This document shows positions 26,219-32,000 of a stretch of 32,000 nt of DNA, piece after piece. The DNA comes from Aliivibrio fischeri ES114 (lineage in GTDB: Bacteria > Pseudomonadota > Gammaproteobacteria > Enterobacterales > Vibrionaceae), in assembly GCF_000011805.1 (NCBI RefSeq), contig NC_006841.2; one strand, 5' to 3'. The position numbers and the translations under genes are program-made. The first letter of the stretch is position 1; each line of letters begins with the position of its first letter. The notes under the pieces were generated by a model. The model had not been told where the DNA came from, did not search any database, and saw only the letters and a list, made by a program, of their open reading frames with translations.

Positions 26219-27091
26219 ATGGATTGGATTGAGAGTGTAAAAAGCTATATTAAAGTCGTTGAAGAAGGCAGTTTTAATGCAGCGGCCTACCAACTAAATA
26301 CTTCAGGTTCAGCAATTAGTAAGCGTATTAATTGGCTTGAAGAGCGTGTTGGAGTTCAACTCTTAACACGAACCACACGTTCTGTTCATCAAACAGAAGC
26401 TGGTCTACTTTTTTATCAACGTGCAAGGTTACAGTTAGATCAATGGCAACATTTAGTTGATGAAACACGAGCCATAAACCAAACTCCAGCAGGCCTATTA
26501 AAAATCGGCGCAACACTTGCTGTTGGATCCAAATTTATTATTAAATATCTTGATGAATTCTTAGCCACTTATCCAAAAATAAAAGTTCAACTAATTACGA
26601 CTCTTCCAGGGCAAGTTCCTGAGCATAATGTCGATGTTTTTATCAGCCGTGAGTTAGAGCAACTCAATACGTTTAGCTACAAAGCCACGCATTTATTTGA
26701 GCATCACTCTGGTTTTTTCGCTTCTAAAGATTATCTCGATAAATATGGGACACCAAATAACATTAATGAACTGAAAGCACACAATATGCTCATTTGGGGT
26801 GAACGACCAATTAAAGAAATTAAGTTAACAAACAATAAAAGAGTTACGTTACGTGGTAACTTTGCAACTACCAACCCTGAAGCATTATTCCATGCAGCAA
26901 AGCGAGGTATGGGGATATTATTAACCAGCCAGCAAATGGTTATAGATGATCTTCAATCTGGTGCATTAGTTCCTATTCTTCCTGAGATTACCACCGACCA
27001 TACCAGAGTGAATGCTTATTACCCTACTTTGGATTATGAACATACGAGAACTCAATTATTCATTAAATATCTAAAAACTAAATTAAGTTGA
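26219..27091 (+). CDS. LysR-family transcriptional regulator
   Basis: 290-aa ORF with N-terminal wHTH (SFNAAAYQLNTSGSAISKRINWLEERVGVQLLTRTTRSVHQT). Divergent from the MFS gene. Confidence 0.85.
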   Translation: MDWIESVKSYIKVVEEGSFNAAAYQLNTSGSAISKRINWLEERVGVQLLTRTTRSVHQTEAGLLFYQRARLQLDQWQHLVDETRAINQTPAGLLKIGATLAVGSKFIIKYLDEFLATYPKIKVQLITTLPGQVPEHNVDVFISRELEQLNTFSYKATHLFEHHSGFFASKDYLDKYGTPNNINELKAHNMLIWGERPIKEIKLTNNKRVTLRGNFATTNPEALFHAAKRGMGILLTSQQMVIDDLQSGALVPILPEITTDHTRVNAYYPTLDYEHTRTQLFIKYLKTKLS

Positions 27092-27185
27092 ACTTACATC
27101 ACATTATTAACCAAAAGGATGTATTGCATTAGATTATAAATTCCGTACTCTGTGCCTTTACCTTTGTTGATTAAGTTGTAAGTAA

Positions 27186-27806
27186 ATGAATACGGCAATT
27201 CTTTGGGCGTTCATCCCCACTTTCTTTTTTGTATCTGTAACTCCAGGTATGTGTATGACCTTAGCACTTAGCCTTGGAATGAGTATTGGATATAAACGTA
27301 CACTTTGGATGATGATTGGAGAACTGATTGGTGTCGCACTTGTTGCTGTATCTGCCGTATTAGGCGTTGCTGCAATTATGCTGAATTATCCGTGGTTATT
27401 TACAATTTTTAAAGCCATTGGAGCGAGTTATCTAGCCTATATAGGCATACAAATGTGGCGCTCTAAGGGAAAACTCGCCATGTCAGGTGAGCAAACCGAA
27501 GTCGTGAAAGGTAAAGATTGGGATTTAGTTGTTCAGGGGTTTGTTACAGCGATTGCAAATCCGAAAGGTTGGGCATTTATGATATCTTTATTACCACCGT
27601 TTATTGATGGCAATCATGCAATTGCACCACAATTACTAGCTTTGGTCTCAATTATCTTGATGTGTGAATTTCTGTGTATGACACTTTATGCGGTTGGCGG
27701 GAAAGGGTTAAAACGTGTTCTTGGACAATCAAATAACGTCAAAATCATGAATAGAATTGCCGGTAGCTTGATGATTGGTGTTTCAGTATGGTTATTCATG
27801 AGCTAA
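27186..27806 (+). CDS. LysE/RhtB-family amino acid exporter
   Basis: 206-aa ORF with about six TM helices. N-terminal FFFVSVTPGMCMT and central NPKGWAF motifs typical of the LysE superfamily. Confidence 0.75.
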   Translation: MNTAILWAFIPTFFFVSVTPGMCMTLALSLGMSIGYKRTLWMMIGELIGVALVAVSAVLGVAAIMLNYPWLFTIFKAIGASYLAYIGIQMWRSKGKLAMSGEQTEVVKGKDWDLVVQGFVTAIANPKGWAFMISLLPPFIDGNHAIAPQLLALVSIILMCEFLCMTLYAVGGKGLKRVLGQSNNVKIMNRIAGSLMIGVSVWLFMS

Positions 27807-27838
27807 GTTTGATTTACACTCAATAATACAAATCGATG

Positions 27839-28018
27839 CTAGTTCTTCATCACTAGAGCTAGCATATCCAACTCTTCATCAGTAAGAATTGCATTATCTA
27901 CTCGTTCACTATCTGCCGTTTTTTCTTTCAGTTTTTGACTTACCATTGACTGAAGGTTGCGCAGTTGTTGTATACTTAAACTGTTCAATTCAATTTTTAC
28001 GCTTTCTTGATGATTCAT
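27839..28018 (-). CDS. Small hypothetical protein (59 aa)
   Basis: ORF-track entry trimmed to the ATG at 28018 (MNHQESVKIE...). Predicted helical and acidic at the C-terminus. No family recognised and only a weak RBS. Confidence 0.35.
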   Translation of the reverse strand: MNHQESVKIELNSLSIQQLRNLQSMVSQKLKEKTADSERVDNAILTDEELDMLALVMKN

Positions 28019-28161
28019 AAATATTCCCATTCATTTTTCATTAATCATTGACAATATTAATAGTAGTTTCCTTTTCCCTACACATTGTCAGACAAATGTA
28101 AAAGATAAAAGTTGCAAAAATAAGTTAAACTGATCGCACTATTGTTATATGGAGGAAACAA

Positions 28162-28908
28162 ATGCGCATTCAAGTAGATACACACACCCATACTTATGCT
28201 AGTGGCCACGCATACAGTACAATAATAGAAAATGCATTTGCTGCATCGCAACTCGGTCTACCTATGTTCTGTACAACCGACCACGCCTCTTCCATGCCTG
28301 GCGCACCCCATTACTGGTTTTTTAATAACCAACGAGTTCTTCCTAGGTTTATACATAACGTTGCGATCGTTCGTGGCTGTGAAGCGAATATTTGCAATGA
28401 TGGTGAAATCGATATACCACCTTCGGTTGACTCTCATCTCGATTGGGTCATTGCTAGCTTTCATGAGCCTGTATTTCCATCTAAAGATAGCCTAGTACAC
28501 ACTCAAGCATTGATCAAAGTAATACGTTCAAATCGAGTAGATGCTCTGGGACATTTAGGAAATCCAAATTTTGATTTTGATTTTGAGGCGGTTATTGCTT
28601 GTGCAGCAGAATATAATGTTGCTATAGAACTAAATAACACCTCACTAAAAGGGGAAACTAGAATTGGAAGTATTGATCGCTGTTATGAAATAGCTAAAGT
28701 CGCAAAAAAACTAGGTGCATACGTAACAACTGGCAGTGATGCGCACTTCTGTGAGGACATTGGTAAATTTAGTAAAGTTGAACAACTTATTGATGATATT
28801 GATTTTCCACTGGATAAAGTGATTACCCATACACCTAAACAATTTTTAGACTTCTTGGCGCTTAGAGGAAGAGCTCCAATTGAAGAATTTAAAAAATTAA
28901 TGGTTTAA
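28162..28908 (+). CDS. ycdX: PHP-domain phosphatase, YcdX family
   Basis: Collinear with E. coli YcdX ([52 protein letters not shown]). GGAGGA Shine-Dalgarno. Confidence 0.8.
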
Positions 28909-28917
28909 ATAAATTAA

Positions 28918-28945
28918 TCAGGAAAGTGTATTAGCACTTTCCTGA
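28918..28945. terminator. Hairpin terminator between convergent ycdX and ttpD-like genes
   Basis: tcaggaaagtg-tattag-cactttcctga, an 11-bp perfect stem with AT-rich flanks and T-rich sequence on the minus-strand side. Confidence 0.6.
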
Positions 28946-28965
28946 CTTAAACTTAATTTAGCATA

Positions 28966-30138
28966 CTAAGAATCTTCACTCACTTTTCTTAGATTGGATA
29001 GATAATTAATCCAGCCTTTTGTTTCATTTGTACTGGTAATATCATTGGCTTTTTTCGCCTTAATTAAGCTTTCTTCGATACGATTCAACTTATAGTATGC
29101 TTTTGCTTGTGCAAGTAAAACCGCTTGTTTTTTCTTAGGGTCCCTCACTTTAGCTAATGAAGCCAAAGCCAATTGGTACTCTTTTTGTTGAAGCAATAAC
29201 TGAGCTTCTTGCCAATAATATCGTGGAGAAACTTTAGCCGCTTTCCCCCAATAAAAGATTGATTGCTGCCATTCTTTTGCTTGTTGCCAATACACAGCTT
29301 GTTCAACCAATAAATCAACATCTGTATTTGCTTTTGATAAACGCTTCAACGTAATAGCAGCTTGCTCTGGAATACCTTGCTTTGCATATAGCTGAGCTAA
29401 TAACATAATATCTTGCTCAGGCAAGGGGAAGCCTTTTCTATCTGCTAATACCAAAACACTTAATGCTTGTTTTGTTTGATGTAACTGTAAATGTGCAGTC
29501 ACAAGTTGACGCCACCATATCAATTTTTCTGGTTCAAGTACAATGAGTCGCTCTAAAGTTGGGATCACAGATTTCCATTGTTTTAATTGCACTTGAGAGC
29601 CAAATTTTAGTGATAAAGGCGTTAACGAATCTGGTTGGCGATAAGATTCATATCGCTGAATCGCTTTTAGTGTAGAGCTAAATTCCGAGAGCTGATAATG
29701 AATTTGAGCTATTCTAAGCCAGAGTTCATTTCCTTTTTCATTCTTAGGTATAGATTTAACTAACTGATAGTAATGAGGGAGTGCTTTTTTATATTGTTGA
29801 TCCATTAATAAAAGATCAGCAAGCATTCTCTCCGTTACCCATGCTTGAGTATCTTTTAGTTCTCCACTGGACACTGCGTAATCTAAATTTTTTATCGCTA
29901 ACGATTTTTGGTTATTTTCCCAATAAAAAACGCCAAGCATACGCGCAACAAACGCTTTATCATAAGCTTTCGATGTATTGACACCACCAAGCACTTCTAT
30001 TGCTTCATTTAACTTTTCTTGCTGTTGTAAGCTTTGTGCCCTTTGCACTTTATTGGCTGTATATTTACTTAATTCAGCCGAATGTACATTCACAGCCCAC
30101 GCAACTAACATGCTCATTAGTACTAATTTCTTCATCAT
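28966..30138 (-). CDS. ttpD: TPR-repeat periplasmic protein, TonB2-cluster accessory (TtpD-like)
   Basis: Signal peptide, then repeated TPR-like helices (W..A..Y....Y..A). ATGA overlap with the tonB stop codon. Position matches the last gene of Vibrio TonB2 clusters. Confidence 0.6.
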   Translation of the reverse strand: MMKKLVLMSMLVAWAVNVHSAELSKYTANKVQRAQSLQQQEKLNEAIEVLGGVNTSKAYDKAFVARMLGVFYWENNQKSLAIKNLDYAVSSGELKDTQAWVTERMLADLLLMDQQYKKALPHYYQLVKSIPKNEKGNELWLRIAQIHYQLSEFSSTLKAIQRYESYRQPDSLTPLSLKFGSQVQLKQWKSVIPTLERLIVLEPEKLIWWRQLVTAHLQLHQTKQALSVLVLADRKGFPLPEQDIMLLAQLYAKQGIPEQAAITLKRLSKANTDVDLLVEQAVYWQQAKEWQQSIFYWGKAAKVSPRYYWQEAQLLLQQKEYQLALASLAKVRDPKKKQAVLLAQAKAYYKLNRIEESLIKAKKANDITSTNETKGWINYLSNLRKVSEDS

Positions 30139-30755
30139 TCGGCTAATTTAAACTCCAATCTTACGGTTTGGTTTTGCTGAATAATCGCTTTTCCTTCGAC
30201 CAACTTAGGCTGATATTTCCACTGTTTTAACGCACGCATTGCATCACGATCAAATAGTCGTTTTGGCTTTGCTTCTTGTACAGAAATCGCAAATGGCTTC
30301 CCTGTTTCATCAATAGAGAATGACATAATCACATAACCTTCAATACGTCGTTTTAAAGCACGGCTTGGATATTTAGGCTCAACCCGATACAAAGGCATCG
30401 CTTGTTGATTTGTTTTAAAACTTCCAAATGTTGGGGCGCTAATTTTTAAACCATTTATTGCGGTATCTAATCCAGATGAAGACATAGGTGTCACAGGCAT
30501 CACTGAAGAAACTTCAGATTGAGACTGTGAAAGCTTTGCTTCTGGCGGCTGCTCTAATGGTTTAGGCTGCTCTGGTACAGAACGTTGGCGACGCTGTATC
30601 TCACTTTCCGGTTCAACCATCATCATGGTAAAGCTTAACTGTTCACTTGCCTCTGGCTTTGCTTGATTACCATTATCAACCATCCATGCCATTAAAGAAA
30701 ACAAAGCAATACTAATGGCAACAGCAATTGGCAACGCCATTAATAACCTAAACAT
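30135..30755 (-). CDS. tonB2: TonB-family energy transducer (TonB2-type)
   Basis: N-terminal anchor, Pro/Glu-rich linker (PEQPKPLEQPPEAK) and C-terminal TonB domain (YPSRALKRRIEGYV...F.V...G). Coupled to exbD. Confidence 0.8.
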   Translation of the reverse strand: MFRLLMALPIAVAISIALFSLMAWMVDNGNQAKPEASEQLSFTMMMVEPESEIQRRQRSVPEQPKPLEQPPEAKLSQSQSEVSSVMPVTPMSSSGLDTAINGLKISAPTFGSFKTNQQAMPLYRVEPKYPSRALKRRIEGYVIMSFSIDETGKPFAISVQEAKPKRLFDRDAMRALKQWKYQPKLVEGKAIIQQNQTVRLEFKLAE

Positions 30756-31159
30756 TATCGCTTCTCCGCTGCTAATGCGATTTGCTTAACACCAGCACCT
30801 TTTGCAGCATCCATTACTTTTACAACCGTTCCGTTATAAGCATGTTCGTCAGCTTGAATCACTAATGAGGCTTCAGGTTGCTCTAATAGCAAATGCTCAA
30901 GAGTGGCTTGCACACGCTCTACGTCTACTACTCTCTTATCGATATAAATGTCATTTGATGAATTAATCGCAACAAATATGCCTGCGTCTTTCTGGCTAAC
31001 CACATTCGATGCTTCTGGTCGATTTACCTCAACCCCTGATTCACGTACAAACGAACTGGTTACAATGAAAAAGATCAACATAATAAATACGATATCCAAC
31101 ATGGAAGTAAGATCGATTTGTGCTTCTTCTGTTTTTGTATCACGTCTTCCGAGTCTCAT
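30755..31159 (-). CDS. exbD2: ExbD/TolR-family biopolymer transport protein
   Basis: 134-aa ORF with the N-terminal IDLTSMLDIVFIMLIFFIV helix typical of ExbD. ATGA overlap with exbB. Confidence 0.85.
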   Translation of the reverse strand: MRLGRRDTKTEEAQIDLTSMLDIVFIMLIFFIVTSSFVRESGVEVNRPEASNVVSQKDAGIFVAINSSNDIYIDKRVVDVERVQATLEHLLLEQPEASLVIQADEHAYNGTVVKVMDAAKGAGVKQIALAAEKR

Positions 31160-31689
31160 TTCGGACTCCTTAATGATTTTTCAAGTTTTAATTCACGTAA
31201 ACGGCAGGTCTTTGAAAGTCGAGCGTGAACAAATAAGCCAGCTAGTGCTGCAACCATTCCAGCCATTGTAGGCAATGTCGCTAAAGAAATACCCGATGCC
31301 ATTAGCTTAGGCTGGCTACTGCCTAATGTTGCCATCACATCAAACACGGAAATCATTCCTGTTACTGTGCCTAATAATCCAAGCATTGGGCAAATTGACA
31401 CTAACCATTTAATAAAATTCAAATGCTGATTAAGTTCTATATGCGCTTGATTTAGCCAACTATCTCGAATTGCATGGGCATGCCAAGAATCATGCTCTTC
31501 ACGTTGATGCCATTGCGAGATCCATAATTGACGTCGCTTTGGAAAGTAAAAAAACAAGTAAATTACCCGCTCACCAACAAACAACCAACATACAATTACA
31601 ACAGCAGCAAGCCACCACAGAATGTGTCCGCCCTGCTCCATAAACTGCATTAAGGTATCAAGCCAATTATGTAGCCATGACACTGCCAT
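31156..31689 (-). CDS. exbB2: ExbB/TolQ/MotA-family proton channel subunit
   Basis: 177-aa ORF with the conserved segment CPMLGLLGTVTGMISVF and a following TM pair. TAATG overlap with the upstream gene. Confidence 0.85.
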   Translation of the reverse strand: MAVSWLHNWLDTLMQFMEQGGHILWWLAAVVIVCWLFVGERVIYLFFYFPKRRQLWISQWHQREEHDSWHAHAIRDSWLNQAHIELNQHLNFIKWLVSICPMLGLLGTVTGMISVFDVMATLGSSQPKLMASGISLATLPTMAGMVAALAGLFVHARLSKTCRLRELKLEKSLRSPK

Positions 31690-32000
31690 TAGATCTCATT
31701 TCCTACAGTCGATTTTGCTTGTTGTTTTTCAGCTTGAATCGCCACTAAACCAATACCTTGTTTTTCTAAAATACTACGAACATTTTCAGCTTGAGTACTT
31801 AAGATATTGTGTGCAAATAGTAATGGCATTGCTGCGACTAAACCAAGAACAGTAGTAACAAGTGCCATGGATATTCCCCCAGCCATCACTTTAGGGTCAC
31901 CATTACCAAACTGAGTAATCACTTGGAAAGTTTCAATCATGCCTGTTACGGTTCCTAATAGCCCTAACATCGGTGCTAGTGCAGCAAGTAGCTTGAGCAT
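31689..32000 (-). CDS. ttpC: C-terminal part of a second MotA/TolQ/ExbB-family protein (TtpC-like), truncated by the window edge
   Basis: APMLGLLGTVTGMIETF plus two TM helices. Its position immediately upstream of exbB2 matches Vibrio TonB2 clusters. The 5' part lies outside the window. Confidence 0.6.
   Translation of the reverse strand: MLKLLAALAPMLGLLGTVTGMIETFQVITQFGNGDPKVMAGGISMALVTTVLGLVAAMPLLFAHNILSTQAENVRSILEKQGIGLVAIQAEKQQAKSTVGNEI

Noticed and set aside
22351-28587. Microrepeats: (GA)5 at 22351-22360, and ATTTTG x3 (each followed by A) at 28568-28587.
   Set aside because: The first is simply the spacer of promoter P7. The second encodes NFDFDFE inside the YcdX-like gene. Both are too short to indicate phase variation.
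2624-29568. Other GTGATC hexamers: plus strand at 2624, 4717, 7000, 10684, 16241, 16701, 18660, 19886, 21704 and 23706. Minus strand at 2631, 4522, 6706, 7945, 11203, 11516, 14931, 16708, 19487 and 29568.
   Set aside because: None has CGT after a 17-nt spacer, and most are intragenic with no downstream gene start. They are treated as background and used as an informal control for the motif finding.
1863-31855. Short ORFs in the track that lie antisense to or nested in larger genes: 1863-2096+, 2211-2402+, 2988-3188+, 3498-3683+, 3847-4047+, 4276-4482+, 4717-4926+, 5655-5996-, 5893-6081-, 8614-8865+, 10438-10698+, 11060-11299-, 12340-12534-, 15475-15681+, 16321-16533+, 20439-20633-, 20497-20709+, 23008-23226+, 23141-23446+, 26328-26516-, 28232-28495+, 28258-28464-, 29781-29981+, 30948-31271+, 31622-31855+.
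   Set aside because: Each is fully overlapped by a longer ORF with clear family-level similarity. Their translations are low-complexity or Ser/Leu/Cys-rich shadow-frame products, and none has a convincing RBS.
1-32000. Searched for CRISPR-like spaced repeats, tRNA/rRNA-like segments, IS ends, integrase or transposase ORFs, toxin-antitoxin pairs and known defence-gene architectures.
   Set aside because: Nothing of the kind was seen. All large ORFs are accounted for by metabolic, regulatory or transport families, and no long direct or inverted repeats flank any segment.

Overview
AT-rich gammaproteobacterial chromosome segment. Protein similarity and gene order suggest Vibrionaceae (Aliivibrio/Photobacterium/Vibrio-like); this is inference only. 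No CRISPR array, tRNA, rRNA, transposase, integrase or recognisable defence gene was seen.

Gene content, left to right:
- LysR regulator.
- Biotin locus, bioA divergent from bioBFCD, with a BirA-type operator.
- Small membrane protein, rimJ, and tyrR with a TyrR box.
- ybgA-phrB photolyase operon.
- PhoD-like metallophosphatase.
- ChaN-family lipoprotein preceded by Fur boxes.
- ECF sigma factor plus ChrR anti-sigma pair, directly upstream of a tightly coupled eight-gene lipid-modification operon: NTF2-like, SDR, FAD oxidoreductase, DUF1365, CFA-synthase-family methyltransferase, DUF2878, chalcone-isomerase-like, DUF3833 lipoprotein.
- Monoheme cytochrome c.
- LysR / MFS / 2OG-Fe dioxygenase / class-V PLP enzyme cassette.
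- LysE exporter and a YcdX-like PHP phosphatase.
- TonB2-type cluster ttpC-exbB-exbD-tonB-ttpD.

Main hunting result: one ECF-type promoter motif, GTGATC-N17-CGT(A), occurs seven times with an invariant spacer, and each copy points at a gene on its own strand. The copies sit upstream of the sigma/chrR pair, upstream of the lipid operon, at two internal sites inside that operon's coding sequence, upstream of ybgA-phrB, and as a face-to-face pair around the 5' end of the first LysR gene. This outlines a local ChrR/sigma (photo-oxidative stress type) regulon whose lipid product is not defined here. The second candidate is the orphan dioxygenase/PLP/MFS/LysR cassette.
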